Shown here: one piece after another, positions 38,792-52,633 of the stretch
How positions within the stretch are numbered: position 1 is the stretch's first letter
Layout: the number at the start of each line of letters is the position of its first letter
Source: Schizochytrium sp. TIO01
Taxonomy: Eukaryota > Protista > Bigyra: Labyrinthulomycetes
Length of the DNA: 64,000 nucleotides
Reading direction: 5' to 3'
Assembly: GCA_004764695.1 (NCBI GenBank)
Contig: SMSO01000034.1
Location: forward strand, 3,286,001 to 3,350,000
The notes under the pieces: generated by a model
The model's database searches: none
The model's input: only the letters and a program-made list of their open reading frames with translations
What the model was told of the DNA's origin: nothing
Translations under genes and position numbers: made by a program

Positions 38792-41700
38792 GGTTGTTCG
38801 TGGACGTCAAACTCTTCAGCAATGCCGCTTCAAGCGATCTTGAAAGCGAGCAATCTATTCTACGGTAACCTTGGAGTGCAAACTCCCAAACTTCGTACCT
38901 TTTGCAGCAAGCAATGCGCTCTCTCTTCGTCCTCAACACCAGTAGTCCAAACCCTGCCGCTGTTGCTACCCAGCACACCAATCGGCAACTAGGCAGGTGC
39001 CCGCCGATTTGGTTTGTGGATTTGCTGAAGCCAATTGGTGTTGCCTTTCGCACACAGCTGTAGTTTGTTGCGTCAACTTCTAAAGTTGCATAACCTTTAC
39101 TTTCTCTTCACAAGAACAATGCTCTTTCATTCTGGTACAAAGGGGGAAATGATGGAAGCAGGCATTGGTGCACATATCATACATTACTCGCAATATACCC
39201 CCCAATCTACTTTCCCCTCTCTCAAACTCCTCTTATCTTCGCTATTGATATTGCCGAGGCACGTGCAGTGTGTAACCTAATGAATCTAGATGTGCACGTG
39301 CACTCTACTTCAAAATATATACCATACCCCCTTCGAACGAAAAGGGTAACCTTCTTACAAGACATTGAAGATTTACACCTGGGCATTATATGAGTTTTTA
39401 AAAGTCTAAGCGGTTTCGTAAAGGGGGTTAGAGACAGAGTAGTTTGGGTTTTGGTGAAAAGGGTGAATAAGAGATCTGATGTAAAACTTAGATAAATGAA
39501 GCAGCAAAGGTACAAAGTGCCCCAAAGAGGTAGTAGGTCCACCGACTGATGTCTGAGAATGAACTGCATTAGGTTTCCAGGCCTAACTGAGTTCAACTGC
39601 GAAATTCTAGATAAAAGGAGCACAGAACGACTAGCTGAAATTACGGCTAGTATCTTTGGGTTCTGCATGTTGCAGTGTGACTTCGAAAGTTGAGGCCAAC
39701 TTAGTACCCCATAGAACACAATATTACATGGCATGCAGTGCTTGCCAGTGCTTCCTTTTCAACATTGGATAGCATGCCCAACAGATCTCAGGAGGCTCGC
39801 GAAGTAGAGTCGAAGAATACAACATCGGTATCATCATGATGAGTACAGATAGCTGAGGCTTGAAATATCATGAGGTTGTACTGCGGCATTAAATTACAGA
39901 GCGCAGGTTTGGTCGAGGTGCAACTTAAACTTGAATTGCGCGAGGCATTCAACCTGAAAAAGATTTCAACCATTATTATAACTCAGAACCCTAATTATTA
40001 CGCTCTCATGACAGTGTGTTACTCAGTATCTTACGCTACCTACACAGTCGCCGGCTACAAAAGGAAGAGGATGAGATCACCACCCTGCCTGTTCACTCTG
40101 TGCTGCAGTGTGTCTGTGGTACGTTTTTGCACCATATTTAGAACCTCCTGAAAGGGCGGGGCATATGGACGGTTTAATTCATGTATAGGATTGCCAAACC
40201 ATTTGCCTCATTGTGGTTCTCTTCCACAGGCCATACCTATGCAAATGATGCATCAATTTGCATCGTTGTGATATTGTCGAGGGCATTTCAAGTCACGGTT
40301 GTCATGAACCTTAATCAGTGGCTGTACAGGCAAGAGGTAAGGTTCTACATAGGTATTTAGGTAGGTGTAGCAGAGCATCAGAGAGCTTTGAAATTCTACC
40401 AACTTTTCATACACACGGCAGCAGTGGCATACCGCCATCAGTTATTTTAAAATGCTTCCACCTGGAGCCAGCATGGGGCCGCTGCGCTACCGTTTTGAAT
40501 ACTCCCTCATCCAATCAATCTGAGTATTAAATGTCTGCTAGAGCAGTCAAAGATGAGACTTCAATAAACCTAGGTACTTTCTAGTTAGATAGTAATAAGA
40601 CGAGCAATAATAAGAAAACACATTGCAGTGAAAAGTCTGAAGTAGGTGAAGGAGGCAGTAGTCACAACATTCACAACCTTCAAGTTACCCCAAGAGCTAA
40701 GTTAGAAAGTATATCGTCATCATAAAAGTTTATACTAATGATTTTACTTCTTTAGTTTTTAGACTGAGTAACAAATCATCTTCAATGAATGTAGGGTGTC
40801 ATTACGTTTCGCTTTCATATCAGTAGACTTTGATCTGTCTTTTTTCTCATCCGAAGCAAGTTTCTTTTGGCCAACAAGTGAAAGCTTTTCCATCATATGA
40901 AACCTTAGATAGAATCATTTGGCACTGCTTCAACCAGCTTGGTCGAGCTCACTATAGAAATAAGTGCATCACTTTCTTTGCCCGTTTCTTTATTATGGTT
41001 CTTAAAGGTGAAATATATTGAACAGTTTTCCCATCAATTCAGACAAAATAAACTCCGTCATGTTTTCAATCTCTCTCAAACAAGCTGTCTTCAAAGCACA
41101 TTAAATTATAAAGTTTTCGAATTCGAAAAGCAACCACCACAATAGAAATACCATAGCATAAACACCAATTTTGGACAGCAGATCCTAGTACCATCTTTGT
41201 GCAACTCTTCCCCATCATCACCGTAATATCGAGGAGTCATTTCATAAATTTAAGACAGCTCCTCAGTTACAGAAACGAAATCAGCCCGCAGACGATTCAC
41301 AACATTGTATTCTCTCCCACTGATGATACGATCATGACAAGAAGTATATAGTTTCCATTACACAAACCACTCTATCCACTCTTGCTCAATGCATATAAAT
41401 ATCTCTTCTCTCCGCTCACATGTCTAACATACTCGTATGCGCCTAAATCTCCTCAGTGGAAAAAAAAGAGATTATCTTCACCGTGCCATCTGATAATTTT
41501 GAATAGATGGACAGCAAGTTCTCGTGTTAGTCATGAGCTGGGAAAATAGCAGAGAGATTGAGAAAAGATGGAAGATAACTAGTCACAGACGCGTTCAAGT
41601 TGATTCCAGGATTCCAGGGCTGCAAGCAACATAGCTAGTTGGTACTGTCACTTTTCGAAATAAAATACACAGGAAATAAGTTCATGCAAAATCTTCTTAT

Positions 41701-44534
41701 TTTAGATTGTTTACAGGAGAACAAAAGAACGATCGCACTTGACATTTCTGAGATACAAAAATTATCAGAATGGTTTGCTCGAAGATAAATTTGAGATGTA
41801 GTGTAACATACAAACTACACCACTTTAACCTAAATAAAATAAATCTATCTCGGAACGAGTTTCTTATTTTAAAGTGGGTTACCTTCCGCATCATTTCTGA
41901 AGTCTTTTCTCAAACCAAAATAGAAAACCATATATGCGCGCAAATCTTGCTATGTCTCTCTTTTTACGGGAGAACGGGGCTCGTGTGTCGAATTCATGGA
42001 AATAAAAGATGCCGTCTTCTTATTTTAGATGAAGGGCAATTATACATGACTCAAAGGAGCGGTACAAGAAGAACTCTGTTCAAAAGCTCACTCAGAGATC
42101 GTGCTATTCATTTATGGTTTCAGTTGTTCGGATGTTTCTTAAAGGGTTTTAAACCTTTGTTTTCTAGCCAGGGCGAGGCAAAACTCAACTGAGTTCCTAC
42201 AGGTCTGCTTTTGATTAATCGAGAACTCTTTAAGCTCAATCTGTCAAATATTGCAAAAGTGGACTTCTTTTAATTAATACAATAGCTTATCACTTACTTG
42301 CTTCAACGTTGAAGCTAAGTGGTATGAAATCGTACTAACAAACCATACATGCAAAGACGTTTTGAAATTTTATCATATTCTGTCTTAAACTATAGAAAGC
42401 GAATACTCGGGTTTGCGAGAAGCCCATACTAGCATCAAATACATACCAACAACTAAAGCAGGTGGCAATTCTTTGTCATTGATCGAACTGTCGATGGTTT
42501 ACTAGTAAGTAACTTCTATTCAAACTTGTCACCTGGTTTGGTCAGAACTTTTGAATTCATACAGTTAAGTTGCTGACGAACCCTGACTTGCCCCACGTCT
42601 TTTTAACGAATTTCCCCACCATTCGGTGAGTTTTGTCCCTTTTTGACAAACCCAGAAAGGCAGGAGAAACCCGACTTGTTAACCATCATTGTGATAACAA
42701 ACAGACAGAGTAAACTTAAGCCAGCATTTTTTCACTCTGAGTCAGCGACTATATATGGTCCGAGCGGATTTAGTTTAGAGAATTCGAAGGCCAGAACAAC
42801 AGAGGAAGCACTCTGTGCCACAAATAAATGAGGCCTAACTTTACAAGTTTCCCATTGATCTTTAAGCATATACTCTTTTGCATGTTCTGTAATGATTCGA
42901 GATGCGAGCACGACGTCAATCGGCTCGGCATTTTCCCAATGAGTTCCGAATCCATACAACATTCGCTTGAATGAGGAAAGAACAAAGTAGGTACCTGCTA
43001 TACTCATCCCTATCTATACCTAGTCTATCCAAAAGGTTGGATGAAGACAATTTATCGCGCTTCATCATCTGTTATATAGTGCTTCGGCAGCAGCGAAAGC
43101 TGAACAATGATGGCAAAGGATCAACTTCTGAACCTCTCATTCATTTTTAAAGTTAAAGAAGAAAGCGAAAACTTAGCTCAGGGAACACACGCGGCTAGGC
43201 AGAAGTCAGTCAGGACTTCGATGTTACAGCCTGAGACGGACATAGCATACGTGATCATTATCAAACAGTCGGCTACAAGAGAGGCTTATTAAGCAGAACA
43301 AGTAAACACAGAAGCATGGGTGGACTGCATCTGAAGATTGATTATTGAAGATCTCACTGGATGGCTGTTATTTGCTAGGTTCATCACACACTGAGAAAAT
43401 CAACCGCTGACTACTTTTTCAGTAGACATTCTTCAAGTAGAACTCAATTTCTTTAAGATCTTGATGGTAATCATATATTCTTTTCTGGAAGAGAAGCTCT
43501 TCTGCTGTTTTTTTAAAGGTAAGGATGCCCCAGGCGATAATTATGATGGATTCTTTCGTTTCGGGCTGAGCCAGATGCACCGACTCGTGAGCCCGGACAG
43601 CTCAGCGTGATTGACTACACAGAGTTCGAGGCTGAAGAACCTCTTCGCTGTCTTCGAAGTGATTTTACTTGGCATTGGGTTGCCCGTCATGTCGAAAGAA
43701 TCGTGCAGTCTTCAGAGGCTGGCGTTCGAAGCATTACAGCAGACCAAGCATGAGTGCTGACAAATTCTACGTAGCCAAGAAACCTTTTTATCTGATAGGG
43801 ATGAAATATATATATTTTAATTTTATTAATTTAAAAAATGTTATTCTTAGGTTTGGAAAAAGCATGGTGCCTGGCCGTAGGGATCGGCAGTGGTGAGTTA
43901 AGTGAGCGAACTCGTTGTGGTGTCAATTAGTGTCAAATGGATCATGCGATAAGTGATAAGTGTAGCAGGTTAGCGAAGAGTTCTACCGGGCCAGCCCCCA
44001 ACGTATTGGTATCAATGATTGTGAAGGCTAAAATTCCGCTTATCTTAGTTCGTCTAGTTTTGATATTGTAGTGCGTACCTACTACATATGTGTGTTTATT
44101 TCTGTAGTCAAAACTTATCAAGCTGTATTAGGTACTAGGTACTGACGTGCTATGAAGAGTCAGCACTTCGAGAAGACAGCTACACTCCTAACGTTCACTG
44201 AGGCCAAGTCAGCTCAAAGAAGACAGCAGAGCCACAAGAGGCACGCACGCAATCAGTCAGCTCCAGTTTTAGAGTAGAAAGCAACATCATTTGATTAGTT
44301 TTCATTTTTATGTTTAAAAACAACTTAAATTTCGTTTTATTTTATAGTTATGTTTTTTGTTTTTTTTTAGTTACTATTTTTTAATATCATAAATCACATC
44401 TACCTATCCACGAAGCACCTTTCAGTGAAACTTGCGAAAACCAATAGCTGGATGAACGAAACGAATGCTGCATGCGAGTCATTTACCAAGCATATCTAGA
44501 ATTCCATATTTAGGACGCTAGACCTACATAGGTC

Positions 44535-45400
44535 TTAGACAATACAGCATACTTGCTTAAGTGCCCATTGTAATATAAATAAATCTCGTAGTTTTTCTTC
44601 TTCATTAATGTTATTCACAATACGATTCAAACGACGAATGGTCGAATTGACTTTACTCTTAGGCAAATTTGGACCAGTTAATATTCTACAAGCGCCCGAG
44701 GTCAAGTGAGCCATTGCCTCGCGTTCAGAACCACAACCATGACATTCATTTGCAACCTATAGCTTCACAGTCATTATCCATTATTTAAAACCTTTGAACA
44801 TGATAATGTCTGCAGTAATCTCATCGTTGTTTTCAATCTGATATCATAATCTGATGAAATTAGTTCGGAATTGATGTTTGCAACCACGCATCTTTAATCA
44901 AGACATTTCAGTGTTAATGATAGTAACGGTAAATGCTACAAAAAGGAGAAGTAGTAGACATCCATTTTTGAAAAGATCCTCATCCAAGATTAAACATCAT
45001 CATAGAGAACCTTGGAAAGTTCTTATTCTACTCCTAAGATTTGCTTCGATCTTGCGCATAATGCATTCGACAGGTACAACACCAGTTACCACAAAGTCTA
45101 CAACTTTTAAAAGACAAAGTAGTGGCGTTGCGAGGTGACCTCATTAAACTTGTAGCTAGCTCAACCTTCTTGTTCTTGCCCGCCAAAAGAAGTAAACTCC
45201 AGGGCTCGGCGACATTTTCAAGTTTATCTACCCATTACTGCTCACTCAGGATATATCAAGCTTCATCACCCTCGCTGACCTTCCATGAATTTGTAAGATA
45301 ATTGGTGTGGCTTCTTGTGAGTCTTTGCATAACCATTTGATGCTCATTGGCATACTTTCATCTTGCCTCAAAGCATCGCTAGAAGCTCAACTTTCTCTGG
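44535..45400 (-). mobile_element. Decayed 3' fragment of a non-LTR retrotransposon (LINE) ORF2 with a zf-RVT-like CCHC finger
   Basis: One minus-strand frame reads FIRL*YQIENNDEITADIIMFKGFK*WIMTVKL*VANECHGCGSEREAMAHLTSGAC...CIV*. This gives C-x2-C-x4-E-x3-H-x5-C at 44688-44744, preceded by an F-x-x-x-(W)...T-x-D segment as in zf-RVT. Several in-frame stops. The 5' boundary is uncertain. Confidence 0.45.
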
Positions 45401-48027
45401 GTCTACATTCCAGTTCTGTGTCTTTGTTTGCGTCCTGCTCGCAGGTGATTAGTGTTCCAATCATCTTCATCTTCAAGCATTACAACTCTTCAAGTTCAAC
45501 TCGGCCCTCCTTAATATTCTCCATCGTTTGCTATCCGCTGAACCACCTTAGGAAGCTCGGCGTATTCGCTGACTATGACTTTATGCTTGCGTCCTTTGAG
45601 AGTTGATGGTCGAGATCGTGACTGCCATTGAAATTACCCCTCCGTCCATGCATCCATGCATGCATGTATTCATTCATTCATTCATTCATTCCTTCACTCA
45701 TTCAATCAATCAAACTTATCCGACAGATTAGACTGCTACTTCTCGTGATTACCACGTCCTTGTGGCGTCCGGGTCCGCGTCCATTCCTGGCTGCTTCCAT
45801 GCCTGGAGAAGCTGCTTGCTTCAAGCTGTTCAAGTTCTTAGGTTACTCCAGTAACCCACTCACTCACTGTCGTTCTGCCGCTTCCTCAGCCTCGAGCATT
45901 TCTTCTTTTAATTTCTCAGTTCTTGTTCTTCTTTCCCCTCTTCTGTTCCTCTTCGTGTTCTTCACACGTCTCATTATTTACGTTTCTTCGCATCATCGTC
46001 ATCATCGTCGTCGCAGGTGACCTTCTTATCAAACGAAGAATTATATACAGCTACTTTTATTATTATTATTATTATAATCAATTAAAATCAAAAAGACAAA
46101 GCTAAAATAGAAAGGGCCACTTCTACTCGGATAGGTAGCTGCTCCCTATCAAAGTTCGTCAATCAAACCACTTCTTTTAAAAAAAATTTTAAAAAGAAAT
46201 GTTTAAGGCCAGCCAATTTCTTTTTCATTTCTTTCACCTCAGAAGTTGAATAGCACTAACGCCGTGGTTCTGATATCGATGCTTTTGCCCGCCCTCGGGG
46301 AAGCCAATTTTCCCTCTCCTGATTCTCTCGATTCTCCTCAAAGACCCTCCCAGCTCCCTCCTTTATTGCTTTCTTATTTGCTTTCTTGCTTGGTACCTAC
46401 GCTTAACGCGGTCCCACTTCGCCATTGCCCGCGCTTCGTTCATCCTTTGCGGCCGCTTTCAATTTATTCTTCTTCTTTTCGCAAGTTTCAGTAATCGTCT
46501 CCTTTTTACATTTCGTTCTCTTTTAAAATAAATGTTATAATTATGAAATATTTAATTTAATTCTTTAATTAAAGGAAGACAACTTTCAAAAATTCCTATC
46601 AGGTTCCTTCTTACGGTATTGGGCATGTGCCACTTAGTTCGCTGACTCCTCGGGCTGTGCTTCACATCATTTTTACTGTGCTCCTTCACGTTTGGATTGC
46701 TTGCATTGAGAGATGATAACGATCGTAATAGGTTCTTCTTGAACTTTCATGTCTAATAATTATGGAAACAAAAATAGTTATCAGGATTGTTGCTTTGTTT
46801 CTAAGAACAGAGATATTAAGAATACTATGGCTTTCCGGCTGTGGACATGTGTTCAAGTTCTCTCGTTTCTCTCGAATTCCGCACGTGCTGACACACCAAA
46901 CAAAGGTGATCATTCTAATCGATCGGTTGACCGACTTGGAGCGATCGACAGCAGCCGAGTCACCGCGAGACCAACTGGGTGCCACACCAGTTCAGTCTGG
47001 CTGTCTGCGCCGCCACGAAGGCTTCGGGGCACGGTTTCCGCCAGAACTTGACTTCTTGAGCGCATCCATCTTGAGGCCGATCTTCGTTCACCTACTCCAG
47101 GAGCCAAAAGGCCAGCCACAAGGTCCCTGCAAGGCAGGCAGATTGCTCATCGCAGAACTCGAAGACATGCCGAGGAGGGCACCGAGTCCTAGATGTCTAC
47201 GATTTCGGGCAGATAGTTTGAAGCGCACAAGCCTCGGAGCATCCTCGACGGCTCTTCGACGAGCGGCAGGTCATCTCAGTTCAAGTCAGTGTTGATACGT
47301 CGATACGTCGATACGCTGTTGATTCGTCTTCTTCTCCTGACATCTTTAAGCTTCTTCGAGCTTTACGATTTCAAGTTCAAAGCAGAGGTCGAGATCTAGA
47401 TGTCTTCAGGCAAGCTGGGCTGCAAGCCGGCGACGTAGCGATATAAATGGGAGCCTGATTCTGCTCAGAGTTTTTGTGTAAGGCAAATCGTCCATGCTGC
47501 AACGTGCTGTGTAATCTCACCTCTATTTCTAACCTGCGCGAGAACTTAACTTCGAGGCCTAGTTTGTAGACAGCCTGAGGCAGCAGGGACTTGAGCGAGA
47601 AGCAAGAGAAGACCCGCCGCGAGGATATCATCGGACCTTCAACTTCTCCAGCTTCTTCGCGATCGATGCGAACTGCAACTGCTTAAACGGCTGCCTATAG
47701 CTGATACGTGCTTCTTTGCCGGTGCCTCAAATGGCGATCGCGTGCACGGCAACCGTCGCACACTGTGACTCTCTCGACAACAACTTTTAAGAGTATGTTT
47801 TCTGCTATTTGCTGCTATAAGGCTAGTCATATGTAATTAATTAATTAATTAATTAATTAATTTGCTTATTCTTTCAGCTTTGTTTACTTTTTTCTTTTTA
47901 CTTATACAAGTCTTCACGAATTGTAGGAACCTGCAAACACAGCAGGAATCGAGGCAGAATCAGTCATGAAGAATAATATGTTCTTCGTTTCTCCTCGATT
48001 GCAACTAAAGGAGCCCAACGCTGACAT

Positions 48028-48445
48028 ATTCGCTGCTGCTCTCTACGTCTTGACACGTCAGCGGTTTTCGAGCATTGCACAGCTTCTAGCTGTCAACTTC
48101 AACCGTGACTTCAACTTCAACCTTCGAGTATAAATGAATTCACTTTGCAGTTCTCTTTTCTTTTCTAATTATCATCAAAAGCTAAATAAAAATATATAAC
48201 TAAATATATTCATTCTAGTAGGCCTAAAATTCATTCATTCGCTGCTGCTCTCTACGTCTTGACACGTCAGCGGTTTTCGAGCATTGCACAGCTTCTAGCT
48301 GTCAACTTCAACCGTGACTTCAACTTCAACCTTCGAGTATAAATGAATTCACTTTGCAGTTCTCTTTTCTTCTCTAATTATCATCAAAAGCTAAATAAAA
48401 ATATATAACTAAATATATTCATTCTAGTAGGCCTAAAATTCATTC
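48028..48445. repeat. 209-bp direct tandem duplication, 2 copies with 1 mismatch
   Basis: 48028-48236 and 48237-48445 are identical except TTCTTTTCT vs TTCTTCTCT. Each unit starts with ATTC and ends with ATTC. Confidence 0.95.
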
Positions 48446-50322
48446 ACAAAAAGGTATTCTCAAATTCGGAATTGTCATAAGAGTTTGTCCGTCTCTCGGG
48501 AAAATATAGCCACCACTAACCATTACACTAGGCCTGACGGTCTAAATGTTTTGCCGGCGCGTGTTTTCATTCATTTCATGGGTCAGTCAGACTGACTCTT
48601 GCTTTCGCCACTACTCGTAATAAACAGAGCCTGAGCCTATGAGAGGCCTGCGATATGCAGCTTTGAGGCGCCTTTGAGGCGCCTTTCGCGACATCAGTGG
48701 GTCTCCTCAAAGGCCTTCTTTGCCTAAATTCCACGAATCGAATTCTTCTTTCCTGAGGCCTTCTTTGCTTTCTTACATCGCTGCCTTTTCTACCTATGCC
48801 TTGCTACCTATTGCATAGTAAGCCCTAATGCCTTCACGCAGGTCGTGCTGCGCGTGGGCAGGGAGACGGCCGCGCGGGGACTCCCTCACAGACCCTCCCC
48901 ACGGGATCCCAGCAGGGCAGTGTCTTGTATTATTGGCAGTGGCTTTCTGCATGTATATCACAATGTAGAGGCCCCACGGAATGGGTGCAGAGGCGGTCAG
49001 TGGAAAGCGGTCTATGGTACTAAGCGGGGGCATGGAGTGCGTTTGTAAGTGACCCAACGAACGGGTGTCTCCACTGGGCCTGTGCTGCCTTTTCTTCCAC
49101 TTGGCTCGCCCATTCTTTTTTTTCCTTTTCCTCTTTCTTCCATAACTCATTCTTTCGAAAATGAAAAGGTGGAAGGTAAAGGTGCCCTCGGCACTTGAAT
49201 ACAAGATTACTATGAGAGCTGTCAATCAAGTGGAATTTACAGACCTTAGAATTGAGTAAAAGCGATATACTTTTTCCTTTTTCTTTTATTTTCAATTTTT
49301 GAAGACAGGTACAATTTCAATGAGTGACTTTGAATGATCCAAGGAAGAAGAAAGAGAACACCTGATAGACCATAATAGCAAGGTGCTAGGCACTGCTGCT
49401 GGATAAAGAGAACGGAGGGATGAATGACTGACTGACTTGCTTGAGAATGGAGTGAGAATGGCTGGTTTCTTCGATTCCCTTGCGAGGCCTAAGCAAGGAG
49501 CCAATAATTCCGCAAATATCATGGCACAGTAGCCCCAAAGACCTCCGAATCGCGCCTGTGTTCTGTTGGCCCTTTGTTACAGTAGAGCTAGCTCAAGAAA
49601 GAAAGCACTGTTCTGCTCTGCACTGCTCTGCTCTATTTTAGCCTTTGGGAATTAATTTCACAAATGAAAGAACATAATGATTACTATTGCAATTTTATGG
49701 TAGCGAGCGGCTTTTGATCGAGATGGTTAAGAATTGAGAATGGAAAGCCAATCTCGCCTCCTTTCAGAGAAAATGGTGAGGCACGAGAAAGACTTCTGAT
49801 CTACGGAGCAAGGGAATGCGAGAGATGCATTGGCCGAAAAGCCAAAGGCATTAAGCGCCACCGCTTGAATTCCTCACATGTTAATCAACCTCAAGCGAAC
49901 CATCAATTTATTAACACGCGCTTTATAATCTAACTTTTTTGTCTTTTTTATTAATTTTAATTTTAATTGAAAAATATATCATGATGCATTGAGTTTTGAT
50001 TTTATTATAGCAAAACATAGAATCAAAATAAAAGGTGGCGAGACAGTAGGTGTAGTAATTTTTAACTTTAGTTTATTTTGCTGATTGAAAAGAAAGAAAT
50101 AGTCATAAAGCAAGTAAGGGTTAATAGCTACCCAGTAGAGATGATGTGTTTTGAAATAAATACAGATAAACTGAAGTGAAAAGGTGAAAAAGAAAGCAAT
50201 TAGTGAAAACCCCAAAAGCGAATAAAGCAAAACCAAAACCCAAATCAAGCAACTTCAACTGAGGAAGCTTGAAGCCATAGGAGTTAGCAGCAGCAGTGAC
50301 AGCAGCAGCAACACAACGGAGG

Positions 50323-50760
50323 ATGGCACTCGCAAGACATGCTGCGTGGCGGCGCAGTACCCGTCGGCGACACTTGGCTAGCGAGGACTGCAATATCTCT
50401 CTGCCAGCCATCGCAGAGGACGAACCGTGGGAGCTTGCAGCAGCATCGGCCAGTGAGGCCATGAGGACGTCAGACTACACAGCGTGGGGACTTGGGCGCC
50501 TTGTACAGATGCTTCTCGTATTTATCGATGCCGGGGCAAGCTACGTATTGCCCTCGGGTGTTGTATCTTCATCTTCAAACTCGACCACCCTTTTCACCTC
50601 ATCCGTCGTCTCTTCATCTGCACTCAAAACATCGAGTTCCTCTAGAAACCCGCGTCGCAGAATTAAGGCTGCCTCAATGCCGGCAAAACAACAGGAGGAG
50701 CCCCAAGAACAGGCTGCAGAGATCGTAGACTACTTGTGCATGCCTGTGGAGTGCAACTAA
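50323..50760 (+). CDS. Possible small orphan protein (145 aa, Ser/Ala-rich)
   Basis: ATG at 50323 is in frame with the ORF-track ORF 50296..50760. It is a GC-richer island preceded by an AT-rich tract and an A/C-rich leader like the malic enzyme locus. No recognisable domain. Confidence 0.4.
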   Translation: MALARHAAWRRSTRRRHLASEDCNISLPAIAEDEPWELAAASASEAMRTSDYTAWGLGRLVQMLLVFIDAGASYVLPSGVVSSSSNSTTLFTSSVVSSSALKTSSSSRNPRRRIKAASMPAKQQEEPQEQAAEIVDYLCMPVECN

Positions 50761-52509
50761 GACATATCTCCTACTATACATAGGTGTTGCGTGTTTGGGG
50801 CACGTGACCACTTCCAGTATCACCTCTTTATCGCATGATTATATCTCTGTTGTTTTGAACCAGAAATGGCGTTAGGTTAACGTCGCAAGGGCTTGGTGTC
50901 CCAGCCGCGTACCTTGCTCCATGCTTACACCTGATTATGGCAGGGGCTATGATTAGAGGCGGGCGCACGCCAAGTTTGCGTTGCTGTTAGTTTTTGAAGA
51001 AAAAAACGAAACAAGATGACGTACGCTTTTGCGTTGCAATTTTTTTTAAAATATATCTCGTTTCGTCTCTTTCATCTGCATTATTAGCAGTTGAGTGAGC
51101 AGACGAGTAGCCTGTTGAAAGAGCCATTTCTGTGTTTTTGCTGCGCTCTCTTTGCTCAACTTTGCCATTTGAGCAGAGAAGAGGTCATGTCAGCCATCTC
51201 AGTCAGATGTTGCTCTACTTTTAGCACTTCTTTGTGAAACCAAAAAGATAAGCACGAGCGCAACCCTCTCTCGAAGAAATCAACAAATAACTCTTCGCTT
51301 GGGCTTTCTGTTGCATGAAAGAGATACGTGTGCTGAAGCTGTATTGGATGTGAACAACTAAGTAGCCCCAGTTCTTACCATCGCCAAATCGTCAAACAAC
51401 CCAAGTTATATCTTATTTCAAATCGAGAAACTTTCCCATGAGAGGCCACAACATTCTGCAGTCTGTCTCCCGTTTCGTGTCCATAAGTCTCGCGGAAAAG
51501 TATCCTCAAGTAAAAAGGCAGCGTCAGCAGCACCCGCAACCGAAAACCATCTTATTATAGCGTGCGCTGTGCCTTATGCCTGCTTTGCAAAAATTGCTTA
51601 CTCCCTGTAAACTCTACAACCCAATGTTTCTGTGTCCTACTAATACTTCTGTTTGTTTTATTCTTGTTACTATTGCTATCCCACTAATACCTAGTAGTAT
51701 GTAACTAGCTAGGTTCTAACGATGGCTCGCAAACCTAAGCCATCGAAAGTGGACTTTGATTCGAAGATCGCTCTCTTCCTCCCATCTCTTTCTTTCAGAC
51801 TAAGTAGACCTGCTTCTCAGCAAATCTACTGCAACTGTAGCTAAAGCCCAGCTGTAATTTGGTTACCCTTTCTCCGCTGCCGGAGTCTCTTCGTATAATT
51901 TCTTTTACTTGGGTATAAGACCTCACACAAAAACATATCATAGACTTCTTCTCCCTTGCAAGGGCAATTACAATTACACTAGTAGGCGCCAATAGCAGTG
52001 CTACATCAAAACTGCGACTCGAGCATGTCTTTCTTCAGTTTCCTGCCCAGTGCAAGAGTTGACGGACGGCCTCTGGCCGCTGAGGGCGTCTACGCGAGCA
52101 CCTGTCCTGCCTGCGAGGTGCAAAAGATCGCTTCAGTTGAGTCTTCAGCAGCAAAATTGAAGTTAGTTATGTTGGCCTTTAAGCAGCACGAGCTGGGCGC
52201 ACCGCCGAAATGGCGACCTTAGTACCAAGAAGAGCCCCAAAACTGCGAACTCTTGATCTCACTTCGAGCCAATGATTCCAACTTCTCTCGTAATGCTGTG
52301 AGGCTAGGCGTGCAAACACCCAAACAAAGTCCCAGATCGACTGGCTTGATGGCCCAAGTGAGTGCTGCTGCCCTCGTGTCTGGAGAAGCATCGGCTCATC
52401 GAAGGTGCTGCTGGTGGCACAGTTCTCGCGACCGTCCATCCATCCATTCATTTTTATTCATTCATTTTTATTCATCGTCAGGGAACTCAAAAAAGGGGGG
52501 TGTTGTAGG

Positions 52510-52633
52510 ATTGACGCCGGATTGCCGACAAATGACGGCAAAACTAAAAATTTCTCCGTCAATTGTCAGCAAGGGCAGTGCTGGACATGGAGGGCAGAGG
52601 GGCACTGTCAAATGACACTGAATCGGCGTCAAT
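52510..52633. repeat. Left subterminal motif array of the TIR element
   Basis: ATTGACGCCG (52510-52519) is inverted with CGGCGTCAAT (52624-52633). TGACGG (52533-52538) is inverted with CCGTCA (52556-52561). TGACGGCAAAACT (52533-52545) recurs near the right end. Confidence 0.75.

Noticed and set aside
39272-39282. TAACCTAA as a possible telomerase RNA template near TERT
   Set aside because: An 8-mer is expected by chance, the telomere repeat is not shown in this window, and there is no supporting structure or promoter evidence.
43079-43100. GTGCTTCGGCAGCA resembling the U6 snRNA 5' stem
   Set aside because: No downstream ACAGAGA box or other U6 sequence.
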